A stretch of 64,000 nt of DNA from Octopus sinensis (taxonomy: Eukaryota). Where the stretch lies: positions 159,836,001 to 159,900,000 of the forward strand of contig NC_042998.1 in assembly GCF_006345805.1 (NCBI RefSeq), in the 5' to 3' direction. The position numbers and the translations under genes are program-made. Shown here in pieces: positions 36,330 to 49,760 of the stretch. Each line of letters begins with the position of its first letter. Position 1 is the first letter of the stretch. The notes below the pieces were generated by a model. It had not been told where the DNA came from, did not search any database, and saw nothing but the letters and a program-made list of their open reading frames with translations.

Positions 36330-37260
36330 TGATTAGTTGCTTCTGTTGATTATTTTGTTTCTGTAGCTGCTGTAGTTGTTTTTGTTGTTGCAGGCTCTGT
36401 CCCAGTTGTTGTTGTTGTTTTGGATGTGGTTTTGGCAGGAGAGTAAGTCTTCTTTTCACTTCTCTTTATTGTGGACAAAAAAACTTTCAAGTGATTGCCA
36501 CTACCACATAAGTAGCACCTCAGCTTTCTCTCTTCCACCATATTATTCACTTTTTGGTCAGTTGGGAATTCTATATGATATGGAATTTTGTCCAAATTTT
36601 CTGGTTTGACTTGTATGATAATTTCCAACCCAATTACCAACTGATTTTCCTGTTGGTGCTTCTTAATTTCTAAGAAGGAGTCAGTTCTCTCTAGAATATC
36701 ACATGCCACCACCTTCCAAACATCCAATTCTGATGGCATGTCCAAAATTTTGATTTTCACCATTCACCTGTGCAAGTAGAATCAGGCTGAAATCTTCATT
36801 CCTGCATGGAACAATAATAGAATGCTTCTATACATATACTTCAGAATGAAATTTAACCTTGACACTACTACATTGTCTGGTTAGAGCAACAAAGATTATA
36901 TCACTCCAAATTCCTCTTAAGCACTTTTCTACATGAGCAGTGGGGTGGTTCTATTTCCACACAATAGTTCTTAACCAACACACACCAGTATACCACTGTC
37001 CTCCAGATTGTTTCTCACAAGAGGCTTCTTGGTACTAACAAAGAAGCTGTTTGATTTTCAAAGTGGAGAAGCTGGTGCTTGCATTTCAATTTGTTGTATT
37101 TTCCTAAAAAAAATATACAAAGTATTCAATCTTTTGGCAGCTTCTTTGCAGGAGCTGGCCTTCTTTCTGCTAATGTTACTGTTTCTGCTGGATCTGACTG
37201 TCACAGAGAATGGAGGTATAGGTGGTGAAAGCGATATGAATTGTATTAGCATTGTTGTGA
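36330..37260 (-). mobile_element. Tx1/L1-type ORF1 fragment
   Basis: VKIKILDMPSEL..RKLRCYLCGSGNHLKVF knuckle followed by a Thr/Lys-rich linker, same layout as 21.9-22.7 kb. Confidence 0.65.
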
Positions 37261-38194
37261 TTTGTATTGTTTATGGCTATGAATCGGAGAAAATTCATCA
37301 CTATATTCCTTTGTGTTCTCACTATATCTGTTGTTGTTGATGCCATTGTTGTTGTCATTGGTGGAATTTCCAAAGCTGCAAGGAATGTGGTAGCAATGAT
37401 ACTGATGGTGGTGGTGTTTTCAGAAGCTACACTGAATGTAACAGCAGTTACATTCAGTAATACTGGTGGTGGTGGTGGTGGTTGTCGTCATCATCGTCGT
37501 CATCATTATCGTCATCGTCATCATGGTGGCAGTGGTGAAAGAGATAATAGAGAGTAGAGTTACAACTTGTTGTGATGGTTGCAAAGGCAGTGTTGTCGTG
37601 TTGTTAATGTAATATATCTCCCCCAGGACTACCAAGCTTGGGAAATCCTCACTCTTGTTGATATTTCTGATCTTTTTGTTTATATTTTTCTCTATGTTGT
37701 TGTTGTTGTTGGTGTGGTGGTGGTAGTGGTGGTGGTGATGGTGGTGGTGGTGGTGGTGGTGGTGCTATTGTGTTTGCTGTTATAATTATTTGGTTGAGTT
37801 TTTGTCACCATGACAGCAACATTGCTATCATTTTCAATTGTAATGTTACAAACACTAGAATTTGTGAAAAAAAAAGTCCTTCTCTCACTTTCTTTGTTAT
37901 ACTCTCTTTTATTCTCTCACTCTCTCATTTTGCTGGGTCAAACATTATTATAGAACGGCTATCTTTTTTCTCTTTTTTCCAGAGAAAATTAAGATTTCAT
38001 AGCTTTGAAAAAATTCAAAATGTCCAACATCTATTGCAGTGTGATTACAACTCCACTCAGACAAAGCAGGTGTAGTCAGTCTCACAATGGTAAAAAAAAA
38101 ATAAAATAAAACAAGCACACAAGTGAATGAAAAAACAGCAAGTTCTTGTAAAAACTTGCAGATCCCAAAGTCAGCACTGCTGCTTGTTCAGCAT

Positions 38195-38246
<52 letters not shown>

Positions 38247-38589
38247 TAATAATAATAATAATAATAATAATCTCGTGGCTTCTGATTGATTGGAAGTGTT
38301 ATCATGTACATTGTTTTTTTTTCTTGGTATAAAAGATGGGCTACAGCAAATATTCTGCCCAATACTACAGATTTGCTTGTCAGTTGTTTGACCGTAACCT
38401 GTTGAGTATGTCCCTTGATGGCTGATGATAGATGCATCACTGATCACAAGCAGAAGTAGTGGGGGAACATCATAGCCATGTGTTGAGAGGAATTCTTCGA
38501 GGTTTGGATAATTCATCACTGGAAACATGGGTGTTTCATTCAACATCCTTAAACAACCCTTATTCAGGGACTTTTTGAGCAGAATGGGT

Positions 38590-39330
38590 TACTCAACCTG
38601 GTAAGACCAGCCACCTTGTTCATCATCTTAACCCAATTATTACCTTCATGAAGATCAGTACCAAACCAGATCCTGAGCAGTTTAACTCGTCCATCAGTTC
38701 AGCACCCAATGGCAGCATCAGACAACATAGACCTACAGTTCCAAATACCCATTTGCAAGCTTAACAAACCTGTCAGGGTTGATTTTGGTTCCTGCCACTA
38801 ACTTTTAGAATGGTGCTAACTATCTCCACTTTGGAGACAACTGACACCATGATGGTGATACTGTCCATATATACCAACTTTGCTCACCCAAGTCCCACTT
38901 CAAAAGGGTGCCCCTCAACTATTCCAACTTCCACAGCAATGACTTGAGAGCTAGCATAAAAAGAAGAGGCACTCCAATATGGTTAAAACTCTTGCGAGAT
39001 CACTATGAGCCAGCATGTTGCTGACTCAAATTCAAGTCAACTTCCTATCCATATAAAAAAAACCTCTGGGAGGTGCATGTTATTGTCACCATCCTTTGAG
39101 TTTCTTGTTTGCTGATACATATGGCAGCCACCTTCCCATATTGTCTTCTTTAATATATGTGTAGAACTGTGGGCCACACATCATTCAGGAATATTTGTTT
39201 CTGCCAGGCAATTTAAATCTTGCATCCTTCTCTTCGATGCACTTATAAACAAATGTTTGTCTTTCTCAGTTAGTTTTATTTCCCCCTAACAAAGAGACAT
39301 TACTCCTGGCTTCACAATAACATATTTATA
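38590..39330 (-). mobile_element. Tx1/L1-type RT fragment
   Basis: Degenerate PLLFMLALKSLLWKLE, TKINPD and KLLRIWFGTDLHEGNNW remnants. Confidence 0.7.
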
Positions 39331-39432
39331 CTAGAGAGCCTTTCTGTTAAAATCTTCAAAGGGAATGCACAACCCACTGGCTAGCTACCCTCAAAAAAGA
39401 TAAAAAGCTGTTGTTGTCTTAACTATTATTGC

Positions 39433-39481
<49 letters not shown>

Positions 39482-39919
39482 GGTGGTGGTGGTGGTGGTG
39501 GTGGTGGTGGTGGTGTTTTTCAGACAGTTTTTGTTATTACTGCTATAATCAATTTTACTGTTGATGACTTCAGTCTTGATGCTGTTGTTATTCTATTCTC
39601 TGTCTTGTTGTTGTTGTTGTGACTGTTGTTAGTGTTGCTGCTGCTTCTGCTATTTTTGCCCATGTTGATATTGTCATTGTAATTAGACAAAATTTCATCA
39701 CTTAGATATAATTTTGTTTCAGTTCTAACTTGTCTACCTTTAGACATCATGTTCCATTGTTATGACTATATTGGCTTCTGGAACTAGACTGCTGAAATGC
39801 TCTCCACCATCAATAATTATCACGTTCCAACTTTTTTTTAAATTCTTAAAAATTCCAAAACTTTGCTTTTTTTGCAGATAATTCAAAATAAATATCAATA
39901 TAGGTGTAGGAATGACTGT

Positions 39920-40064
39920 GTGATAAGTAGCTTGCTTACGAACCACTGGTTCTAGGTTCAGTCCCACTGCATGGCACCTTGGGTAAGTGCCTTCTACTAT
40001 AGCCTTGGGCCAACCAAAGCCTTGTGAATGGATTTAGTGGACGGAAATTGAAAGAAGCCTGTTG

Positions 40065-40143
<79 letters not shown>

Positions 40144-40350
40144 TTGTGTGTCTGTGTTTGTCCCCCCCCACCCCCAACATCGCTTGACAACCAATGCTGG
40201 TATGTTTACGTCCACGTAACTTAGCGGTTCAGCAAAAGAGACTGATAGAATAAGTACTAGGCTTACAAAAAATAAGTCCTGGGATCGATTTGCTCGAATA
40301 AAGGCGTTACTCCAGCATGGCTACAGTCACATGACTGAAACAAGCAAAAT
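39920..40350 (+). mobile_element. SINE family A
   Basis: gactgtgtgataagtagcttgc..ggttcagtcccactgcatggcaccttggg..; internal (TA)n(TG)n. Confidence 0.85.
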
Positions 40351-40579
40351 AGTAAAAGAGTAATGTATACATTTCCTTAAAGGGAGTATCTCTAAACAAA
40401 TATATTACCACTGCAATCCAGAGGACATTAACAATAAGGTTATCACAAAATGAATCACTGAATGGGGGGGGGGGGCTTTAACAGGCCAAAACAGTTGAAA
40501 AGATTCTCAAAACTTACAGAGCTCCAAGTTGCCATAACTTGACAGTATGGTGACAATAATGATGATGATGATGATGGTG

Positions 40580-40850
40580 ATTTCAAATTTTGGCACAAGG
40601 TCACCAAGTTCAGGGGAAGGAGATAGTCGATTGCATCAACCCCAGTGCTCAAACAGTAATTTATCAACCCCCAAAAGGACAAAAGACAAAGTCAGCTCCA
40701 GCAGAATTTGAACTTAAAACGTAAAGGCAGATGAAATGCCACTAAGCATTTTACCCTGTGTGCTAATAACTCTACCAGCTCACTGCTAATAATAATAATA
40801 ACAATGATATATGATTAATAATAATAATAATAAAAATAATAATAATAATA

Positions 40851-40889
<39 letters not shown>

Positions 40890-41650
40890 CCTTTCTACTA
40901 AAGGCATGAAGCCTGAAATTTGTGGGGAGGGGACTAGTTTATTACATTGACTCCAGTGTTTCACTGGTACTTAATTTATCAACTCCGAAAGGATGAAAGG
41001 AAAAGCTGACCTGAGCAGAATAATAATAAGGGAGTGGGATAGTTGATTACATCAACCCCAGTACTCATTTAGTGGTACTTATCTTATCAACACCAAAAGA
41101 ATGGAAGACAAAGTCAACCTCAGCGGAATTTGAACTCAGAACATGAAAACAGATGAAATACACTAAGCATTTTGCCCAGTGTGCTGACAACTCTACTAAT
41201 GATAATAAAATTAATAATTATATTGTCAAATTTTTGCACAAGGCCAGCAATTTTGGAGGACGGGTTTAGTCAATTACATCGACCTCAGTCATTAACTGGT
41301 ACTTATTTTATCAACCCCAAAAGGATGAAAGACAAAGTGGGCCTCAGCAGAATTTGAGCTCAGAACATTAAAATGGATAAATTGCCACTAAGAATTTTCC
41401 CTGGCACACTAACAATTCTGCCAGCTTACAGTCTTAATAATAATAATAATCTTTTCTACTAACAGCACAAGCAGCCCTGAAATTTTGTGAGGAGGGATCT
41501 AGTCTATTACATCAATCCCAATGTTTCACTAGCACAAATGATGAAAGGCAAAGTCAACCTTAGCAGTATCTGAACTCAGAACATGAAGACAGACAAAATG
41601 CCACAAAGCATTTTGCCCAGTGTGCTAATGATTTTGCCAGCTCATTGCCA
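40580..41650 (-). mobile_element. Stack of five co-oriented family B SINE copies separated by (AAT)n
   Basis: Core repeated at ~40580-40790, 40890-41020, 41030-41200, 41225-41435 and 41450-41650. Confidence 0.82.
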
Positions 41651-42724
41651 TAAAAATAACAACAACAACAACATTAATAATAATAATGATAATAATCTAA
41701 TTACTTAGTATCAAAATAAGGTGAGACATTGGAGTAATTTTGTCCCTTCTATTGAGGATGTCTTGGAAGTGATAACTGAAACTAGTTCAGGCAGTTTCAT
41801 CTGTCTAAAACATACTGGCCAGACAGCCAATCTTACTCAAAACTTGGATTTGAATCCCTCTAAAACATATGTAAGCAACAGTTTATGGCAGAGTTGTTGA
41901 TAGTGAATAAGCATAAAAGGTTGAAAATAGCAGAGTGAGATGGAGGTAAAGCATACAATGGTGACTGACATCATCATGGTGGTGGTCGTCGTCATTGTAG
42001 TCATTGTCGTTGTCACCGCCTTGTAGTCGTGGTCATGGTGGTGGTCGTGGTTGTGGTTGTGGTGGTGAGGAGAAGGAGGGGGAGAAGTGTACAGAAAAAA
42101 AACTGTTGAAACTCATTTGTTCTAGTCTACCTGCCTGTATGTAAGTTACCTCTTCATTGTGTTATTAGACATTCCATGTTTTCTAATTAAACTGACAGGG
42201 CAATTTTGTTGCTGTTGTTCATTTATTTCTGTTTTTTTTTCTTTTTTGTTAATTTTCATTATCTTTTTATTTTTAATCGCATGGTAGGGTTTATTGTTTG
42301 TCTACTGTCAACCTGACAGTTCATACAACTGTCTGAAATCAAAACAGACCAGGTCATTTCAGTTTTTTCCCTCATCTGTTATGAGATTTTGTTTTATTAT
42401 GGGATTCTATGTGAAAATTTCTTTTCTTATCTCTTGTTTGTTTTGATTTGCTTAGGAATCTTGTCACAGAGTTATTTTTCTTTCCATTCCTCCCCTCCAT
42501 ACTATTTTTTCATTCATTTCTCCTTTGATTTCTGTCTTCCTTTCTTTCCATTACCTCCCTAAAACATCAAAAAAAAAAGACAAAGCTTATATTAATTACA
42601 TTGCCTTTCACTCAATTATTATGAGAACACTAAGATAGATTGCCATCATAGAACATTTGTTAAAGAGTTGACAATATAATCTTCAATATACATCATATAT
42701 TGATTAAGCTGGGCATTGGATGCT

Positions 42725-43030
42725 CCAATAGTAGGATGGCAGGGTGGTTGGTTGCCTGGCTGGTTGGTTGGTTGGTTGGTGATTGATACACATTTTCTTA
42801 CTTGTTTGATGTTCCTTTTTGTTGTTTAGTGTTGGTTGGTTGATTGGTTGGTTGGTTGGTTGGTTGTTGGTTGGTTGGTGATTGATACACATTTTCTTAC
42901 TTGTTTGATGTTCCTTTTTGTTGTTTAGTGTTGGTTGGTTGATTGGTTGGTTGGTTGGTTGTTGGTTGGTTGGTTGGTTGGTGGTTGGTTGGTTGGTCAA
43001 CTGGCTGGTTGGTTGGCTGGCTAGTTGGTT
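42725..43030. repeat. (GGTT)n tract containing a 99-bp tandem duplication
   Basis: gattgatacacattttcttac... starts at both 42781 and 42880. Confidence 0.9.
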
Positions 43031-44099
43031 AGCTGGCTAGTTGTAATTGTTTTTTTTTGGCCCAAGGTCAAACCAGATCAAGCAGACTTATAATAAAAAT
43101 CATTCAAGCTATAACCATCACACTTATTTCAGATATTGTGTAGTTTGTTTAACTCCAAATCAGACCTGACCTGTTAGAGCAGATTCATGGTCAAAAATTG
43201 TTCCAGCAGTAACCATCCAGTTTTTTTAATTTCCAGCTATAGATTACATTATTCAAAATGCCCTTTTCTAAGACAATGGGATTTTGATTTGATGTAGAAT
43301 AGGCAAGTGTTTCTAGTAAGTTGAGCAAACAAGTCAAAACTCCCCTGTTGGCTTATGTTATTGTTGGTAGATGCTGTTGGCTGTTATTGTTTCACCTTAG
43401 GTTTGCTCAGTCAGGGCTGACCTAAACCAATGACTATATAGAAGCTCCTCATTGGTTGGGATGTTGCTGTTGATATATTTGCAAGATGATCTCATAACTA
43501 ATTAACTTGCTCTCTTCTGGCAGAAGGAAATGAGAAAAAAATACTGGAAACAGGAGAAATGATAAAGAAACAAACAGAAAGAACAAGCATGCAGTGAAGG
43601 TTAGACATTTAATAATTGTCCTACAAATAGAAAGATGAAAATTAAATATATTGTGAAACAAAAACAAAATCAGCACGACAGAAAAGATTATTTTACAAAA
43701 ATTATTGATTTCTTTCGAATAAAAACAAGAGTAATTTTAATAACAGGCACTGCAGTTAATTGAATTGACATCAGTATTTTACTGGTACATATTGTAATTA
43801 TTATGAGTAAAGGACAGAGATTCTACTTGGTTGCTCTTGATCAATGAGAAAGAGTAGCTCTGAGAAAGAGCAGCCAAGTTTCCTCACATAAATACATACA
43901 TATGTTCTTAGATGCACTATACATGGAAAGTAGGCACAGACGTAGCCAAGGGGTTTAAAAGTTCATAATCACAAGATTCTGGATTCAATTTTATTAAATG
44001 TCACTTCAGTTAAGCGTCTTCTACCATAGACTTGAGTCAAGCCAAACCATGAAAGAATGTATATATGTTGTATGGCTGTGTTTGTCCCTCCACCATCTT

Positions 44100-44322
44100 T
44101 TATTTGTTTCAGTCATTTGACTGTGGCCATGCTGGAGCACATGCTTTTAGTCGAACAAATCAACCCCAGACTTATTCTTTGTAAGCCTAGTACTTATTCT
44201 ATTGGTGTTTTTTGGTGAACTGCTAAGTTACAAGAACATAAACACACCAACATCGATCATCAAGCGATGGTGGAGGGACAAACACAGATACACAAACATA
44301 CACTCACACACACACACACACA

Positions 44323-44376
<54 letters not shown>

Positions 44377-45020
44377 CGGGCTTCTTTCAGTTTCCATCTA
44401 CCAAATCCACTCACAAGTCTTTGGTCGGCTCGACGCTATAATAGAAGACACCTGCCCAAGGTTCCACACAGTGGGACTGAACCTGGAACCATGTGGTTGG
44501 TAAGCAAGCTACTTACTACACAGCCACTCCTATAATATATATATATCTATATATATGTACAGGCATGGCCGTTTGGTAATAAGCTTGCTTCCCAACCACA
44601 TGGTTCCGGGTTCAGTCCCACTGCATGGTACCTTGAGCAAGTGTCTTCTACTATAGCCTTGGATTGACCAAAGTCTTATGCATGGCTTCAGTAGAGAGAA
44701 TCTGAAAGAAGCCCATCGTGTGTGTGTGTGTGTGTGGTGTGTGTGTGTGTGTGTGTCTGTCTATCTGTTTGTCTGTGTCTGTGTGTATGTGTGTGTGTGT
44801 GTCTTTGTGCATGTATTTGTTCCCCACCACTATTTGACAACTGGTGCTGATGTGTTTACATCCCCATAACTTTGTGGTTCAGCAAAAGAGACTGATAGAA
44901 TAAGTCCCAAGCTTTTAAAACAAAATAAGTACTGGGTTCAATACATTCGACAAAAAATTCTTTGAGGTAGTACCCCAACATGGCCACAGTCTGATGGCTG
45001 AAACAAGTAAAAGATATATA
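44100..45020. mobile_element. Head-to-head pair of family A SINEs (44100-44530 minus, 44563-45020 plus)
   Basis: Both 5' heads face a ~35-bp TA-rich spacer. Confidence 0.85.
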
Positions 45021-45659
45021 CACATGTGTGTGTGAGTGTATATGTGTGTGTCTACATGTGTGTGTGCATGTGTGTGTACATGTGTGTGTGTGCGTATATG
45101 TGTGTGTATGTGTGTGTGTGTATGTATGTATGTGTGTGTGTGTGTGTGACATTATAGTTTAAATTTTGATGGAAAATGTAACAAGATGTCTTAAGACACA
45201 AACCATTAATTGTAACTTAGGAATTCAATATGGAAAAGATGTGAATTATGAAAAAACTTTTTTACTTACTTAATCAGTTCACATCATAAAAATTCAAAGA
45301 GTAATATAAGATTTAAAAGGATTTCTTCAAATTATTATCGTACACATTTCAATAATGGATTTATTATACATTCAGATTTAAAATAACCACCATTTCTTCA
45401 GCAATTAATTTGAATAAATGTTAACATTTTGATGTTTTCTATTTTTTGTTCTTTTTTCCATTATAGTTTCTGGTATCAACCTTATGATATATCTACTTCA
45501 GCATGTTATATCAAACACTGTATTTGTTTTCATTTTTAACAGTTTAAATTTTAACTGCTGAAGAAATGATTGCTGTTTACTACACAAATGTTTTTGAAAA
45601 TCCATTATAGAAATATGTGTACAATAATTTGAATAAATCCTTGTCAATATATATCACTT

Positions 45660-46140
45660 AACATCAATTTTCCATGCTGGCATGGATTGGGTGGCCAGCA
45701 GGAGCTGGCATGCCAGAGGACTGCACCAATGCACTAAGCTCCAGTGTCTGGTTTGGCAAGTTTTCTATGATTGGATGTCCCTCCTAATGCCAACCACTTC
45801 ATACAATGTACTGGATATTTTTTATGTGGCACCAATGCTAGTGAGGTCACCAATTAACTCACAAAACAAGACCCCTTAAATGAGGTTGGGAATACTATTG
45901 GAGGAAGTGACTTTATGCTATGATAAAAGGATAGAAAGAGGCACCTTGCTGTAAGAAAGGTATAAAGTTATCCCAGTTGGAAACAAAAGAGGATGTTGGT
46001 AAAGATGTGTCAGAGAATACCCTCAAATTACAGGAAAATGAATATGAAAGAAGTGGCAGGGGTGAGTGAGTAAGTTCATAGGGGTGTGAGGTGAATGGCA
46101 GATAGAGATGGAATACATGGGCCAATCAATAAATATCCAG
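45660..46140 (-). mobile_element. RTE-tail repeat
   Basis: tttccatgctggcatgg..gatgtccctcctaatgccaaccact. Confidence 0.7.
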
Positions 46141-46409
46141 TAAATCAATAAATAGCCATAGTAACAAAGCTAAAGCATGCAGAGTAAAGCCACCTGGTAC
46201 AGATTGATCTTGAAATCTGCTGTGCATGCTCACTTCCACTGTTTATAGCAGTGCTTGGAAGGAAGGTGTGTAGCGTGTTATTGTTGTATTGACCACAACA
46301 GAGAAAGTTATCAAGGCAATGCCTGCTTAGAGGTCTATGCAAGGATGCAGAAAGTGTATGGAGAGGAGTGTATGAGTCACACAAAAGTGTATGAGTGGTT
46401 CAGGACTGG

Positions 46410-46820
46410 CTGCGTAGTAAGTAGCTTGCTTACCAACCACAAGATTCCAGGTTCAGTCACACAGCATGGCACCTTGGGCAAATGTCTTCTACTATAGCCT
46501 CAAGCTGACCAAAGCTTTGTGAGTGGATTTGGTAGACAGAAACTGAAAGAAGCCTGTCGTAGATATATGAATATATATGTATGAGTATGTGTGTGTATTT
46601 GTTTGTGTGTCTGTGTTTGTCCACCCCACTCCCCGCCATCACTTGACAACTGATGTTGGTGTGTTTATGTCCCCATAACTTAGCGGTTTGGCAAGAGAGG
46701 CCGATAGAACAAGTACTAGGCTTACAAAGAATAAGTCCTGGGGGTGATTTGCTCAACTAAAGGTGGTGCTCCAGCATGGCTATAGGCAAATGACTGAAAG
46801 AAGTAAAAGAATAAAAGAAT
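46410..46820 (+). mobile_element. SINE family A
   Basis: ctggctgcgtagtaagtagcttgc..ggttcagtcacac..ggtgctccagcatggc. Confidence 0.85.
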
Positions 46821-46869
46821 ATGACGTTACTTAATAAATAAATGTAAATGAACGTCTACAGATGTAAAT

Positions 46870-49760
46870 GAACATCTCTATTTTCTTATTTGCTGTTTTT
46901 CATGCTGGCATGGGTTGGATGGTTCAATTGGAGTCTGGAATGCTAGGAGGTTGCACCAGGCACCAGTATAATCTGGCAATGTTTCTACAGCTGGATACCC
47001 TTCCTAATGCCAACCACTCCAAGAGTGAAGTGGGTGCTTTTATGTACCACTGGCACAGGGGCCAGAGGGGGCTGGCACGATCGGGTGGTGCTTTTTACAT
47101 ATCACCAGCACAGAAGCCAGCCAGGGTGAGGGGGCTGGCATCGACCACATTCAGATGCATTTTACGTGCCACTGGCACAGGGACCACAACTACAATTTCT
47201 ATTTGATTGTGATTTGATTTCATTTTGATGTTGACTCAATAGGTCTCCTCAAGTACAGCATGTTGCCCTACAATCCAAAGGTACTTTTTGAGTGGGCTGG
47301 TTATGCAATAATGGTGTAGGTTACAGCTGTAATCTCACTTTATTTGCTGGATCTTCTCAGTCACAGCATATCTCCAGAGGTCTCTGTCTTTTGTCATTTC
47401 CTCTGTGAGGCCCAACATTCAAAGGTCATGCTTCACCACCTCATCCCATGTCTTCCTGGGTCTCCCTCTACTCCAGATGCCTTTCAGTTTGGGAGTGGCA
47501 CATCTTCACACAGCTCTCCTCATCCATCTGTAGTACATGACCATACTGATGCAAAGATCTTCCTCTTGCACACCACATCCAATGCTTCTTATGTACAACA
47601 TTTCTCTCAGGGCATTTACACTCTGTCGTGTGTGCACACTGACATTACACATCCAGCAGATCATGCTAGCTTCATTTCTTTTGAGCCTAAACGTCTTCAG
47701 CAGTCACACTCCATGTTTCACTGCCATGAAGCATGGCAGTTCGCACACATGCATTGTACAAACTACCTTTCACTCTGAGCAAGAGCCTCTTTGTCACCAG
47801 TAGGGATAGAAGCTGTCTGAAGTTTGCCCAGGAAATTCTTATTCTAGTGGTAACGCTCTCTGAGCATCCACCCCTACCACAGACTTGGTCCCCTAGGTAG
47901 CGGAAACTATCAACTACTTCTAGTTTCTCCTCCTGGCATGTGATGGAATCTATTTTCTGAGCATCTGTGGTGTTTATTGCCACTGTGCATCTGCTGCACA
48001 CGAAAGCTATCATCCCAGTTAATCTTCCTTTGATGTTGCTGCGTCCATAGCTTACACTGGGTACGTCTTATGGAGTTTCTACCTACACCTTTTCTACAGA
48101 TCGAGCAGGGTCACCTATTTGAAGGGGTGTGTGATGTGTTCACCTTCCTACTTACTAGAACTTTGGTTTTTGTGACATTGGCTCCAAGGCCCTTGCTTCC
48201 ACACCTTGAATTTCTTCTCTAGTTCTGGTTGTGATTCTGCTATGAGGGCCAAGTCATCAGCATAGAGGAGCTCCCAGAGGCAATCTGCCTTCAATTCCTC
48301 CGTTATTGCCTGGAGGACTATGATAAATAAGAAGGGGCTGAGGGCTGATCCTTGGTGGACCCCTACTTCTACCCAAATTCTTCACTATACTCATTGCCAA
48401 CCCTAACCTTACTAACGGCATCTCTGTATAGGGCCTGTACAGCCCTTATTAACCATTCATCAATCCCCAGCTTCCGCATCACCCACCATCCAAGTCCACA
48501 AAAGCCAAGTATAGGCGTTTATCTTTGTCTAGGTATTTCTCCTGCAGTTGCCGTACCAGGAATATAGCACCAGTGGTGCTTCTACCTGGCACAAAACTGA
48601 ACTGCATCTCATCTAAGTGGACTCTCTCCCTAATTAGTTGGGCTAAGACCCTCTCCGGGACCTTCATCACCTGATCCAGCAGTTTGATACCCCTGTAGCT
48701 ATTTTTATCTAAAGCATCACCTTTACCCTTGTAGCAGTTGACTATGGTGCTACAACGCTAGTCAATGGGTATGACTCCATCATGAACTACCTGCTTTATA
48801 ATACGGTTGACTAGGCCATAGCCCACACCACCAGATGTTTTAAGCATCTCAGCAGTGATTCCTGATGGGCCGGAGACTTTTCCTGGCTTCATACCTTTAA
48901 TTGCTTTATCTACCTGGGTGCTGTCTATGTGGATAGCTGGTCCCTCTACTGGGTCAACATTTGGCAGGCTCTCCTCCTCCCATTCATTCTTCACGTTCAG
49001 CAATCTTTCATAATGGCTTCTCCAAATCTCTTTCTTTTCTGAATCATTAATAGCAAGTGCACCATCATCCATGCAGACACATTTCTCTCTTGTCATATCA
49101 CAGTTTTGCCTCACACACTGTCTTGCAATCTGGAACACTTCACTTCTTTCATCCTCACGTCAATGGACATTGGCAAACTTCTTTTCTGCTTCTTCTATGG
49201 CTATGTTATATCTGTCACCCAGCCTCCCTTCTGGCTATCTGGTACAGTTCCCTGCAATCTCCACTCTTCCAGGCTTTCCAGGCCTGTTTCTTTGCTCTAA
49301 TGGCTTTGTCTACCGTATTGTTCTACCACCATGTTACTCTAGGTCTGGAAGAGACTGTGCACCATCTGCAGACTTGGTCTGTGGCACTCAGTAAGCTGTC
49401 CCGTAGGAATTTCCAGCTACCCTCTATGCCCAAGGTCTCTAGCTCCTCCTCCCTCTCATCAAGTTTCTTTATGAGAATGTCCCTAAATCTCTGACTATGT
49501 GAAGGGTTCTCTAGCTTCCAAATCCTTCTTTTCTGGATTTTTTTGGCATCCTTCTGGCCTCAAGTCTAAAGTCACTAATTACTAGTCTATCCTGGGGTGT
49601 ACATTCTTCACCTGGAAGGGTTTTTGTATTTAAGAGCAACCCTGTGTCCCACTGTCTGGAGACCATGAAATCAATCTGGGTCACCTGATTCATTGATTCA
49701 ATCTGAGTCACCTGTTTGATAGGTTATCAGGTGGCTGTCTGGCTTCCTGAAGTTAGTGTT
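46870..49760 (-). mobile_element. RTE-clade LINE, 5'-truncated within the APE domain, with 3' UTR
   Basis: QIDFMVS..QDRLVISDF (APE end), QFSFVPGRSTTGAIF..AFVDL, WELLYADDLA (48253-48264), FRYLGD, MLHGSETW; 3' UTR ~47380-46870. Confidence 0.93.

Noticed and set aside
40580-41650. Regularly spaced repeats superficially like a CRISPR array or tRNA cluster
   Set aside because: The units are ~200-bp SINE copies in eukaryotic DNA, with no constant short repeat/unique spacer pattern and no full cloverleaf
43524-43599. AG/GT-bounded candidate plus-strand exon
   Set aside because: Stops in all three frames, weak GTTAGA donor and no linked exons
48254-48260. Minus-strand CTGATGA, a possible hammerhead core
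   Set aside because: It is the coding sequence of the RTE YADD motif; no stem II or GAAA follows
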